Source: Octopus bimaculoides (Eukaryota). From it: a stretch of DNA of 64,000 bases. How positions within the stretch are numbered: position 1 is the first letter of the stretch; every line of letters begins with the position of its first letter. The stretch spans positions 61,332,793-61,396,792 of the forward strand of contig NC_068993.1 in NCBI RefSeq assembly GCF_001194135.2, in the 5' to 3' direction. The notes beneath the pieces are model-generated. The model saw only the letters and a list, made by a program, of their open reading frames with translations. It made no database searches and was not told the DNA's origin. Shown here piece by piece: positions 11,848-23,704 of this stretch. The position numbers and the translations under genes were made by a program.

Positions 11848-12410
11848 CGGAGAGGTGTATAGAAAAAGAGAGGTTTAGAGGTAATGAGAAATACGGTGAG
11901 AGGGAGAGGATGAGTGTGTGTGTGTGTGTGATAAGGAGGGAGAGCTATGTAGAATAAGAGAGAGGGGAAGCCTAGAGGTAGATGGATATAGTGAAAGAGA
12001 AAGAGTATGTTTTGTGTGTGTGAGTGTGTGTGTGTGTGTATGTGTGTATGGGTGTGTGTGTGTGTGTGTATGGGTGTGTGTGTGTATGTGTGGTTGTGTA
12101 ATAAAGAGAGAGAGAGAGAGAGAGAAAGCTATGTAAAAAGAGAGAGGAGAAGCTTAGAGGTAAAGATGAATAGAGTGAGAGAGGATGAGTGTGTGTGTGT
12201 GTGTGTGTTTGTGAGGATGTGTGTGTGTGTGTGTGTGTGTGTGATAAAGAGAAAGAGAGAAAGCTATATAAAAGAAGATAGAGAGAGGAGGTTAGAGGTA
12301 AAAGTAAAAGATGGCTGTGTAGTGAGAGATAGAGATAGATAGAGATAGATAGATAGAGATAGTGTAGGATGAAGAGGAGGGGGAAAAGAGAGAAAGAGAG
12401 CGTGTAGGAT
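10690..12410 (+). repeat. GA/purine-rich low-complexity tract with (GA)n, (GT)n and (GAAA)n
   Basis: Direct reading. Confidence 0.9.
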
Positions 12411-12455
12411 AAAAAAGGGAGGGGGATGGTGAATGTAAAACTATTCAGGTTACAC

Positions 12456-12466
12456 CAAAATGGCGG
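12456..12466 (+). promoter_or_regulatory. YY1-type motif CAAAATGGCGG in a candidate promoter
   Basis: Matches the YY1 consensus (AA(A/G)ATGGCG). Lies in a short unique island (12420-12620) between a GA-rich and a CT-rich tract. Confidence 0.35.
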
Positions 12467-14719
12467 AACTACTGAGAGGCGAGTGTGGATGAAAAAAAGT
12501 TTTGCTGTACTTTCGACCTGCCTGGGCAAAACGTGAAGCAGTGAAACCGTAAGGCCCCTTTCATTAGAGATTAAGTCCTGGAAACTTTTAAGGTGATTAA
12601 CCTTCGTTTTTCTTTTTGCTTCATGTCACAATTTCATTCTTTAGAAAGTCGGGCCGTTCTTCTTTTATTTTCTTTTTTCTCTTTCCCTTTCTCTTTCACC
12701 CTCCCTCTCTCTTTCATACTTGTTCTTCTTCTCCGCGCACTGACTCTATCGAGATAATTCCCCTCTATCACCTTTCATTAACTTATTTCTCTTTCAAAGC
12801 TTCCTTTATTTATATCATTCATTATCTCAATCTCTTGGAAACTATTTGTCATCTCTTCAATGTTTTCTTTACTCATCTACTTCTATCTCTTCTCTCTCTT
12901 TCTCCTTTCTGTCGGACTGTCATTCTTTATTTTTCGTTCTTTCATTTTCAATAATTTCTTCTATTTCTCTCTTTTCTCTCCTCCTCTAATTCCTTATTCT
13001 CTCCTTCCCTCACTCATTCACATTTTCTTTCATTTCTTTCTTTCAAAACTTTGATCCTTTTCTCACCATCGCTATCTCTCTCCCATATCTTTTATACCTT
13101 CTCTTCGACGTACCTACACAAGTGAACCCATTAAAAAAACCCCCGTATTTCTTAGTTATGAGGAAACAAAGTTAGTCGGGGAGGAACCGGTTCCGATTAT
13201 ATTGGAAATTGTAGGGAAAACAAATTCGGAAGGTTGAGGGCAAAGGAGTTCGGGTAATTGACACAGGACGAATTTGTTTCCTCATAACTTTTTTAAAATA
13301 TGGATATTTCGTAATGAAATTTTCCACAAATATTTTTTAAATGGTTATATTGATATTTAAATGATTATATTGGAATTTAAGGTAAAAAAAAAAAAAAAAT
13401 GTTGGCCCTCACACACGTACCACGTAATTTTTTTTTTTATTTCAAGTTTCTATTTGTGTGTTAGTTAATATGTACGAGTGCGCACCTGACAATTTCTTTT
13501 TACATTAAATTCCAGTATAATTATAATCTACACCATCTGATATGTATTTGTAGAAAATTCCAATAAAAAAATACCTGTTTTTCTAAAAGTTATAAGGAAA
13601 TAAAAGTGGGGAGGGGTCACACTTGGATATCTTCGCATTTCTGTTTACTCATTCAATCACCAAATTTTATTCCCATCATTTAATATTTTCTCTCCATCAG
13701 TCTCTTCAGTTTCTATCTCTCTTTCTTCCTGCCACTTTTGGGATTTGTGTTTTAATAATGGTTACATGCCAGAAAAGTGGTCCGGTTTCGATTCTTGGTC
13801 TTCCTAGTTAACATACAAAAAGTCACTTCATTTTTTCCGCAAAACATTTTACCTTTGGCTAAATATGCCCACCACCAAAGAAAGGCATGAACGTTGTCAC
13901 ATCTCTTTTTTTTCCCCCCTTCTCTTTTCTCTGTTTCCTGCATCAATAACATTTCACGAAGATAACCAGGAAAAACAAAACTCGCACAACAAACCCAAAA
14001 TGCCAAGAATAAAAAAAAATCACAACAAAAACTTTAGAAAAACCATTTTGTATGACGAAAGAAATGTTAGGAAGATAAGAAATAAGAATTCCAATCATTC
14101 ACTTGAAATTCTTCGGTTTTTTCCCTGCTAATAGTACACTTATCTTACAAGTGCTATTTGCTCTTTGGCCCCAGTTCTTCGTTCGCATTTATAATTCCAT
14201 TTTAGAAAGCGTTATTGGCGCACACACACACACACACGTATCGGTGTGTATTTATAAAAGTGCCGTATGGACTTGATTAATAAATCTTGGCCCCTGGTTA
14301 AACACTGCCTAATATTTTTTGTTCGACGCTCTTTATAGTCTTTTATAAGATTATAAGATGTGATTTGAAGGAGTGTTTAGCTACTATTATTCCTTCCACG
14401 AAAGAAACTCCCTTTTTGGCTAATTACAGTAGTTATTTAACCTCAAAGCAACCCTGATTCAACAAACCTATGATCCATTTGGCGTTGTTTTTGTTTAGGG
14501 CATAGTATATCGAGAACTACATTATTTAATGTGACTTTCCTTTTTTTTATGACTAAGGTATAAACAGAATTTGGCTATTCTTTCTAGCATGACGAAGGGA
14601 CATGTATAATACTTTCTCGATGGTTCAAAGATGTTGGCATAAAATTGTGGGTATTCCGTAGTTTAGGCACCGAAAGAACATTTTCAAAGTTGGAAGTCTG
14701 ATTCGGATGCGCAAAAACA

Positions 14720-14890
14720 AGCGTCTTTCTAAAGGTGTTCCAACCATAGCCATCCCGCCTTTTGAAAGCATTCCAAACATGACCATCTCGACTTTTTAAA
14801 GGCGTTCTAAACGTGACCATCTCGACTTTTTAAAGGCGTTCTAAACGTGACCATCTCGACTTTTAAAAGCATTTTAACCATAACCATACC
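14720..14890. repeat. 34-bp tandem repeat (~5 units)
   Basis: GACCATCTCGACTTTTTAAAGGCGTTCTAAACGT starts at 14781 and 14815 (identical), with a partial copy at 14849 and degenerate units to the left. Confidence 0.9.
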
Positions 14891-17839
14891 GTCACTTTTA
14901 TCCGAAATTTCTCTCATGTCACATCATATCTTTTTTTTCCCCAAGTTACAGAAGATAGACATAATCAGGGGTTTGCTGCCGACGCTGAATTGCTTCTGAT
15001 AACAGGCCTGCTGGACCAGAGCTGACCTGAAGCTAAACAACATTCACTAACCGAGACGCGCGCGCCCCCCACTCATTCTCGTGCAATTGTATCTACGTTC
15101 CCTGCCAGTGCGTAATTTTCGTCAAAGAAATACTGGAAAAACAAACGTTTTTAAGAATTGGAATACAACATTTATTTCCATATATTTATGACTCCTCGAG
15201 GCGGCGGGTTGGCAGTATCATTAGCACGCCGGACCAAAATGCTTGGCAGCGTATCGTCCCTAATCACGTTGAGTTCAAATTCTCCTGAAGTCNNNNNNNN
15301 NNNNNNNNNNNNNNNNNNNNNNNNNNNNNNNNNNNNNNNNNNNNNNNNNNNNNNNNNNNNNNNNNNNNNNNNNNNNNNNNNNNNNNNNNNNNNNNNNNNN
15401 NNNNNNNNNNNNNNNNNNNNNNNNNNNNNNNNNNNNNNNNNNNNNNNNNNNNNNNNNNNNNNNNNNNNNNNNNNNNNNNNNNNNNNNNNNNNNNNNNNNN
15501 NNNNNNNNNNNNNNNNNNNNNNNNNNNNNNNNNNNNNNNNNNNNNNNNNNNNNNNNNNNNNNNNNNNNNNNNNNNNNNNNNNNNNNNNNNNNNNNNNNNN
15601 NNNNNNNNNNNNNNNNNNNNNNNNNNNNNNNNNNNNNNNNNNNNNNNNNNNNNNNNNNNNNNNNNNNNNNNNNNNNNNNNNNNNNNNNNNNNNNNNNNNN
15701 NNNNNNNNNNNNNNNNNNNNNNNNNNNNNNNNNNNNNNNNNNNNNNNNNNNNNNNNNNNNNNNNNNNNNNNNNNNNNNNNNNNNNNNNNNNNNNNNNNNN
15801 NNNNNNNNNNNNNNNNNNNNNNNNNNNNNNNNNNNNNNNNNNNNNNNNNNNNNNNNNNNNNNNNNNNNNNNNNNNNNNNNNNNNNNNNNNNNNNNNNNNN
15901 NNNNNNNNNNNNNNNNNNNNNNNNNNNNNNNNNNNNNNNNNNNNNNNNNNNNNNNNNNNNNNNNNNNNNNNNNNNNNNNNNNNNNNNNNNNNNNNNNNNN
16001 NNNNNNNNNNNNNNNNNNNNNNNNNNNNNNNNNNNNNNNNNNNNNNNNNNNNNNNNNNNNNNNNNNNNNNNNNNNNNNNNNNNNNNNNNNNNNNNNNNNN
16101 NNNNNNNNNNNNNNNNNNNNNNNNNNNNNNNNNNNNNNNNNNNNNNNNNNNNNNNNNNNNNNNNNNNNNNNNNNNNNNNNNNNNNNNNNNNNNNNNNNNN
16201 NNNNNNNNNNNNNNNNNNNNNNNNNNNNNNNNNNNNNNNNNNNNNNNNNNNNNNNNNNNNATGCCTGGGTCTGAGGGAGGCCTGCGTTGCCAGATGCTGC
16301 CATAGTTGTCATACACACAGCTGCCCAACATCCGAAAATCGATTTTTCAATTTATTTAATTTTTTTATTTCCTATTTTTTTTGTTGTGGTAAGCCGCATA
16401 GGTCATAAACCGAGGAGAAGGCCTATATATATATATATATAATCATCATCGTCGTTTAACGTCTGCTTTCCATGCTAGCATGAGTTGGACGATTTGACTG
16501 AGGACTGGTGGACCAGGAGACGATTTGAATTAATCATGCATCCGTCCACTTGTAGCTTCAAGATTTTGTTGATATAACTCTGTTTTTAGAATGACATTGT
16601 AGGATATGTATAAAAAGCTAGATCTGGTTGGTTGAACTAAAACAGGTAGAATCTGATGTGGTCAGATGTGGCTGGTATCAACACTGAGAGGGCTAAAGAT
16701 TATACAACTTTTAGACAGAAGTATATTTTCATGTGTCTGTGTGCACATTTCTCTGCACCAATCTGCAACAGGCGTAACGGAATCAAACCATCCTTTATTC
16801 TACCCCCACCCCACTTCTGCCAACACCTCAAACTCTTTTGAGGTTTTCATTAAAAGACAACATAGAAATTTTAAGGCACAGATTCTTTTGATAAAACATT
16901 TTAATTATATATTCAGTCTCTGTTATAATAATTAACTTCATTTAAGTCACTAATTAAAGTCTTGCAGTAAAAAAAACCTGCATGCAACAAACTTTTATTT
17001 CCTCTTTCGTTAAATTTGTGAAATTTTCAATTAAAAAAATTATTTTTGTAATTGTATGTTTATTTTTTCTTATTTTACTTTTACGACTTCATCGTGACTT
17101 TAATAACATTTAAGAAAGGTTTATCCCTAATCATATTCATTAGTTCTCCCTTTAAGGGACTGTAAATTCTATGTTCATTGCCCTAATGATGTTAATTATC
17201 TTCCAAAAAATAGAAACAATATTTTCTGCTTCTGCAATCCTTTTCCATTATCTCCTGTAGATAGTTTTCATATTAACCACTAAAAGTATTTGATGTTTTA
17301 TAAAGAGAGATATTTGATAAAAGACAAAAAATAACGTAAATCTGAAAAAAGCTGTCATTTGCAAAGCGCAGAACTAGGAGTATCTCTGCATCTCACAATA
17401 TAAGGAGAAGTTGCAGTTAATGGCAATAAAATTTCGAAGGGACGTATCCACTTACCACATTCAAAAGATTAAATCTCATTTCTCTTTTTGTTGTTGTCTT
17501 TGTTTTTCAAGAATTTCTCCTTATCGTGATGTACAGGCAAAATTGTAAAAACATCAAACAAAATCTCTGCAATAGAAAGTCAGACTTCACGTTCTGAGTT
17601 CAGACCCTGCTAAGGGTCAACTTTCATTTTTATCAGAAGTTGATAAAGTTAGAGCATCTTAAATATTTGAATGAATTATTACAAAGGGCTTAGAAGAGAA
17701 CTGTTAGTTTGTTTGTGTGTGTGTGTGTGTGTGTGTGTTCATGGCCTTTGATTTCCTTTTGAGAACCATTTCATTTATGTGGCTGAAGTGTCGCTCAATC
17801 AAACATGCATACATGTGCAAGGAGACTGGACTATCAAAT

Positions 17840-18395
17840 GATTCCAGGTTCAGTCCCACTGTGTGGCACCTAGGGCAAGTGTCTTCTACTATACCCTTGG
17901 ACCAACCAAAGCCTTGTGAGTGGATTTGGTACACGGAAACTGAAAGAAGCCTGATGTGTGCAGGAGTGGCTGTGTGGTAAGTAGCTTGCTTACCAACCAC
18001 ATGGTTCCAGGTTCAATCCCACTGTGTGGCACCTTGGACAAGTGTCTTCTATTATAACCTTGAGCAGACCAAAGCCTTGTGAGTGGATTTGGTAGATGGA
18101 AACTGTAAGAAGCCCATCATATATATGTATATGTTTGTGTGTTTGTATTTCTCCCCCCCCCACCATCACTTGNNNNNNNNNNTGTATATGTTTGTGTGTT
18201 TGTATTTCTCCCCCCCCCACCATCACTTGACAACCGGTGTTGGTGTGTTTATGTCCCCATAACTTAGCTGTTTGGCAAGAGACTGATAAAATAAGTACTA
18301 GGCTTACAAAGAAAAAGTCCTGGGGTCGATCTGTTTCACTAAAGGTGGTGCTCCAGCATGGCTGCGATCAAATGACTTAAATAAAAGAATAACAG
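17840..18395 (+). mobile_element. two tandem tRNA-derived SINE family A copies (partial, then near full length)
   Basis: Head GTGGCTGTGTGGTAAG (A box) and GGTTCAATCCC (B box); core GGCACCTTGGGCAAGTGTCTTCTACTATAGCC; internal microsatellite; tail GGTGCTCCAGCATGGC..AAAAGAATAA. Confidence 0.85.
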
Positions 18396-18464
18396 CTTGT
18401 ATCATGTACCTTCTCCATATTTGTACATTAGTTACAATGCGTTTCACATTATTTTGGTTTCTGA

Positions 18465-18662
18465 ATGATGCCACCCTGCTGGTGGCTCACATCTGACCGG
18501 AAGGATATTCCGGTGCAGGGCGACCCATATACAGATGAGATGACCGGAACAATGCGTATTGAAGTGTTTTGGTCAAGAACACAATGCACTGCCTGGTTTG
18601 GGAATTGAACCCATGGTCTAGTGATTGTGAGTGCAATACATTAACCACTATGCTACATGCCT
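18465..18662 (-). mobile_element. SINE family F (tRNA head at right end)
   Basis: GGAATTGAACCC..TAACCACTATGCTACATGCCT is the reverse complement of a tRNA-like head, followed by the shared GTTCTTGA.CAA.ACACTT domain. Confidence 0.65.
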
Positions 18663-19199
18663 GCAGAATTTGAGCTCAGAACGTAAAGACAGACTAAATA
18701 CCGCTAAGCATTTCACCCAGCGTGCAAACGTTTCTGCCAGCTCGTTGTGTTAGTCATGGAGAAATATTACCTTACAAGTAAAGGTTGTTGATAGAAAGGC
18801 ATCTGACCATAGAAAATTTGGCTCAAGGAATTCCATCTGACCCATGCATGCATGGAGAAGTAAATGTTACAATATATGCAAATAAACACAAAATACTTGT
18901 CTCTTTTATACTAACATGGATGGTTTAACAGGCAGGGCCCGAGTTGGAGGACTGTATTGAACTCCAGTGTTTGTTGTATGCGGTTTCTAAAAGCTGAATG
19001 CTTTTTCTAACTCCGACCACTTTACAGTGTGTACTGGATGCTTTTTCATGACAACAACACCAATGAGGTTGCAATGTCACTTGAAAAACCAAGAAAAGAC
19101 TCTTGGTTGAGTTGGGGTTCTGGTAGAGAAAAATATGGCTGTTCATACGTCTGTAAAGAATTAACACTTCCTTCTCCAAGCTTAGATTTGAAACCGATG

Positions 19200-19350
19200 G
19201 ATTTCTTTCAGTTTCCGTCTACCAAATCCACTCACAAAGCTTTCGTCAGCCTAAGGCTATAGTAGAAAAGATTTGCCCAAGGTGCCACACTGTGGGACTG
19301 AACCTGGAACCATATGGTTGGGAAGAAAGCTTCTTAACACACAGCCATCC
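19200..19350 (-). mobile_element. SINE family A 5' half
   Basis: Reverse complement of the A head and core. Confidence 0.8.
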
Positions 19351-19403
19351 AGTTCTTTAAAATAAATTCTAAGTAGCTGAATATTCCACAGTTACATATC
19401 ATC

Positions 19404-19633
19404 ATCATCATCGTTTAACGTCCGCTTTCCATGCTAGCATGGGTTGGACGATTTGACTGAGGACTGGTGAAACCGGATGGCAACACCAGGCTCCAATCTA
19501 ATTTGGCAGAGTTTCTACAGGTGGATGCCCTTCCTAACGCCAACCACTCAGAGAGTGTAGTGGGTGCTTTTACGTGTCGCCCGCACGAAAACGGCCACGC
19601 TCGAAATGGTGTCTTTTACGTGCCACCCGCACA
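19404..19633 (-). mobile_element. SINE family C (RTE-type tail)
   Basis: (CAT)nCGTTTAACGTCCGCTTTCCATGCTAGCATGGGTTGGACG is the reverse complement of the family C 3' end; other copies at 16443, 26985, 38940, 60205 and 60642. Confidence 0.85.
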
Positions 19634-19635
19634 TA

Positions 19636-19800
19636 TACCCTTAACATTTTTGTTACCGTATTTCTGTTAAAATCTATTGCATTACTTTCATGAATTTTGA
19701 AAATGATGAATAATTTAGTAAGATAACTTTGTTTTTATTAAGTTGGTGCTTGGAATAAAATTCAACATGAGGTTGTGATGGGAAATTTAAATTTAGATTA
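19636..19800. mobile_element. diverged family P MITE fragment
   Basis: Similar to the reverse complement of 60-226. Confidence 0.45.
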
Positions 19801-19925
19801 CAGTAATACCTTGCTATATCATGGTTCACCTATCGCGCCCTCAGTATGTCATGGATTTTTCTGGCTAATCTATGTAAATTTATATCATGGACTCCTCAGT
19901 ATATCTAGGTTCCTGTAGCTGATAG
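19801..19925 (+). mobile_element. Tigger/pogo-like terminal fragment
   Basis: CAGTAATACCTTGCTATATCATGGTTCACCTATCGCG resembles Tigger-type TIR starts with CpG decay. Confidence 0.45.
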
Positions 19926-19989
19926 GTATCTGTTTTTTTTTAAATTTTAATTATTTCTGTGAGAGATTTTGGTATGTCAAGGGATTGTG

Positions 19990-20185
19990 TTGGAAACTCC
20001 CTTCGACGATGAATGACCATGAGATTGCACCTAGAAAGTTGCCCTTCGAGGCACAAGTCCGGGCAAGGTTGTTGAAAGAAGACCAGCAGTCGCCCATGCA
20101 TACCAGTCTCCCCTCTCCACACCACCAATGTTATCCAAGGGAAAGGCAAAGGCTGATACAGCTTGGCACCAGTGATGTCGCAACT
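19990..20185 (-). mobile_element. family F-associated body fragment
   Basis: GATACAGCTTGGCACCAGTGATGTCGCAACTC recurs at 54796-54828, where it runs into an F head (54830-54930). Confidence 0.55.
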
Positions 20186-20878
20186 CTCTCTCTCTCTATA
20201 TATATATATCGCCATCATCATTTAACACCCACTTTCTGTGCAATAAATATATATATATATATATATGACTATAATGAAGGAGAATGGAGTGAGAGAGACT
20301 CTTTTTATTTCATTGCTTTACAATTGTTTCCTCGAACATCAATCTCGTGTGCATTGCTATATTATTCAACAATACATACAGCCATTAATACGTGAGGTGT
20401 TCTTGATACATTATCAAAGGCTGATTCTGAAGAATCACATGGAAAGGTTATCTATTTAATAGGGAACTCCAGGATTAACACCCAAATGGAATTATAATAA
20501 TAATAATATCTATATAAAGGTAGGATGACAGATAAACACTGGTAGGCTTGAATTGTTTGTTTATATGGAGTACGAAATACAGATTACAGAATAAAGACAA
20601 AAGAAATTATGTAAAGTCTTATATGGGCAATTGTTTTGGGACATAACTTATGTAATAACCAGATTCATTCATAATATGTGCATGATGTAAGGTGTGTGGC
20701 ACACCTTAAGTTCCAAAAGAATTAAGGCAAGTAAGGTGACTCTCCTCAAGACAAAGATGGCAAATACAAACATAGGTGTAGACAGACATATAGGTATGTA
20801 TGTGTGTCTGTGTGTCTATGTAGGTATGTATATGTGTGCAGATAGGTATGTATGTATATATGTGAAGGTAGGTATGTA

Positions 20879-21165
20879 CTGGGGCTAGGCAAAATAATGA
20901 AAACACCTTGTTTAATGGGAGTTGTAGTCTTTGATAAGGAATTGGCCTAACTTTGGCATTAATCTCACTTTGATAATTTGAAGAATTTGACTCCAACATG
21001 TTCTGAATAGTTGTTAGGGGAATTTTGAGTAAAACCTGCTTTGGTTCATTCAGTGCTGGTGATAAAGAGAAAGAACTCCTCTCTTGCTGTTCCAAATGTA
21101 CCATAAATGTTCAATTATTTTGAGATCCAGTGATTGTGGAGACCAATCCAAGACCTTCACTTCCT
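20879..21165 (-). mobile_element. Tc1 transposase C-terminal relic with right TIR
   Basis: VLDWSPQSLDLKIIEHLW (WPxQSPDLNPIEHLW motif), then LEQQERS..LKIPLTTIQNMLES..INAKVRPIPY; TIR TA|CTGGGGCTAGGCAAATAATGAAAACACC at 20877-20906. Confidence 0.85.
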
Positions 21166-21282
21166 CACCCCTTTCTCCCTTTCTCTCTCTCTCTCCCTTG
21201 TTTCTTTTTTTTTCTCTTTTCTCATGTTGTCTCATGGTTAGTTTCTTTTTCCATGAGACATTCACATGCTGGTCTTCATCAG

Positions 21283-21622
21283 CCACATGTGATCCCAACC
21301 GACTATGTGGTCTTAATCAACCATGCGTGTTTTTAATCTTCTACATGTGTTTTTAATCAACTACATGTGTTCCTAATTAGCTACTTGCTTCTAATCAACT
21401 ACATATGTTTCTAATTAGCTACATGTGTTCCAAATCAGTTTCATGTGATCCTAATCAACTGTATGTTTTTCTAATTGACTTCATGTGATCCTAATCAACT
21501 GTATGTGTTTCTAATTGACTTCATGTGATCCTAATCAACTGTATGTGTTTCTAATTGACTTCATGTGATCCTAACGGACTACATTTCACCTTAATCATCT
21601 ACATGGGATTTTAATCCTCTAC
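21283..21622. repeat. ~20-bp minisatellite with a 40-bp higher-order core
   Basis: Monomer ~ACATGTGTTCCTAATCAACT; dimer CATGTGATCCTAATCAACTGTATGTGTTTCTAATTGACTT repeated ~3x at ~21442-21571. Confidence 0.9.
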
Positions 21623-21749
21623 CTGTTGTTTCTGCCAGGAAGTAAACTTAGAGGATGGAAGGTGGGGAGGGAAACTATCTCCAAGACAAATATCTGTGGT
21701 TAACGAAGAAGGAAAATAATAAAGAATGCTAGCTAATTAATTAATGGAT

Positions 21750-21968
21750 TAAGGTGGTGAGCTGGCAGAATTGTTAGCATGCCAGGTAAACCGCTTGGTG
21801 GCATTCCGTCCGTTTCTATGTTGAGAGTTCAAATTCCACCGAGGTCAGCTTTACCTTTTGTCCTTTATGGGGATTGATAAAATAAGTACCAGTCGAATAC
21901 TGGGGTTGATGTAATCGACTTAGCCCCTTCCCTGAAATTGCTGGCCTTGTGCCAAAATTTGAAACCTT
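21750..21968 (+). mobile_element. SINE family B
   Basis: B head, B box GTTCAAATTCC, tail GCTGGCCTTGTGCCAAAATTTGAAACC. Confidence 0.85.
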
Positions 21969-22621
21969 TTAATTAACGGATTCAATGTATGGCAGCTTGA
22001 TCTATTAGAAATAGCAACTAAATTGTCCTCAAATCACATCCATTCATCTTAAAAGATAAGACACATTAGATGATGTAATCCGAGATACACTGTACCTGAA
22101 GAAAAGAGTGGATGACCAAGGCTAACTTAAGGATTAACCCGTTAAGTTCAAGAGTACTTAAATTTCTGAATATTACTTCAAATTTTTTACAGATGATTGA
22201 AAACAGGTTAAAATGAAAAAAAATAATTATTAAAACTCCTTTACTTTAAGTAGAAATGGAAATACTCGGTGTCCTATAAATAGGACATTGAAACAATGAG
22301 ATATAGCTTATTTAAGGTTCTCTTTTAGTTTCCTATTTATAGGACAGTGGGGACTTTATGGGTTAAGCAAAATAGCTTCTGATATTTGATTGAATAACAT
22401 ATCTGAAGATAGACAGGAATGAGGGAAGCAGTTTGTATTTACAAATTTATGGTTTTTGCTCAGCCCTTGGGCATCTCTGATTGTGCTGAGCAGAGCTATG
22501 GTCAGACATTCCAGCCATAATCAACTCATTTGTTTGCTTTTTTTGTAATATCTCCGACTATATTGACCAATATCTCCAAACTTTTAAAACAGAGTAGGAT
22601 GTAATGTGATTTTAAAAGAAT

Positions 22622-22684
22622 GTCTAGTGGTTAGGATTCCTGGCTTTCACCCAGGCGGCCCGGGTTTGATTCCCGGCATGGGAA
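22622..22684 (+). pseudogene. 5'-truncated tRNA-Glu(TTC) sequence
   Basis: GTCTAGTGGTTAGGATTCCTGGCTTTCACCCAGGCGGCCCGGGTTTGATTCCCGGCATGGGAA. Anticodon stem CCTGG/CCAGG, anticodon TTC at 22646-22648. Closely follows metazoan tRNA-Glu(TTC) but lacks the 5' acceptor strand; T-loop has GTTTGA for GTTCGA. Confidence 0.85.
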
Positions 22685-23085
22685 CGCTTACTGAGCGTCA
22701 CCTTCCTGGCACTTGTGCCAGTGGCATGTGAAAAGACATTTGAGCGAGTTCGTTGCCAGTGCCGCTGGACTGGCTCCTGTGCAGGTNNNNNNNNNNGAGT
22801 TCGTTGCCAGTGCCGCTGGACTGGCTCCTGTGCAGGTGGCACGTAAAATACACCATTTCGAGCATGGCCGTTGCCAGTACTGTCTGACTGGCCTTTGTGC
22901 TGGTGGCACGTAAAAGCACCCACTACATTCTCTGAGTGGTTGGCGTTAGGAAGGGCATCCAGCTGTAGAAACTCTGCCAAATCAGATTGGAGCCTGGTGC
23001 AGCCATCTGGTTCACCAGTCCTCAGTCAAATCGTCCAACCCATGCTAGCATGGAAAGCAGACGTTAAACGATGATGATGATGATG
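22685..23085 (+). mobile_element. SINE family C body and RTE-type tail fused to tRNA-Glu
   Basis: Internal GTGGCACGTAAAA sub-repeats; ends CCAACCCATGCTAGCATGGAAAGCAGACGTTAAACG(ATG)n. Confidence 0.85.
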
Positions 23086-23704
23086 TTGCTGCTATTTCTA
23101 ACTGGTCAACGGCCATGTAGAAGCTTTATTATTGGCTCAAAATCTCATGATGTCAATTTGAGGTTAGATAATTCCTATTCAGTGGAACCTCCATGGCGGT
23201 GATGTGGTGGTGTTTCAATAGCTGTCTGTTGATTAGTGTTTTCTTCATAAAGACTGGCTTTTTTAACTTCAAAGATGTATGTGCTGAAGATTTACCATTT
23301 GTAGTTTGAAATCGGAGAATATGGAGAACAGAAGAAAATGAAGAAATACTCAAACCATTTGTTTACTAATAAGCTTTTTGATAGCTTCCACATATCACGC
23401 CCTTCTTTATGTTCTACATCCTGTTCTTATGTAAGATAAATTGATTATTTTTAAAAATAATTTTATTTATCATACCTCATTCTTACGAAGGTTAAATGGC
23501 TCAAATATGCCACCTGTCTTTTAATAGAATAAATAGTCAAGTAGCAGCATTTATTTGCCATTCCCTGGCTCTGTGGCCAGTTAGAAATGTTTATTTACCA
23601 CACTCTATCTTAAATAGTTAAGTTAGTGTTAACATATTTAAAGCAGAGAGCATTGAAAGAAAACGAAACTAACCAGGAGTAATTACATGGTGAGACATTA
23701 TATA

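Noticed and set aside
14720-21622. 34-bp and 20/40-bp repeats as CRISPR-like arrays
   Set aside because: There are no unique spacers and no cas genes, and the context is eukaryotic; they are plain tandem repeats.
22622-22684. Functional tRNA-Glu gene
   Set aside because: The 5' acceptor-stem strand is missing and the T-loop C is mutated, so it is annotated as a pseudogene or chimera instead.
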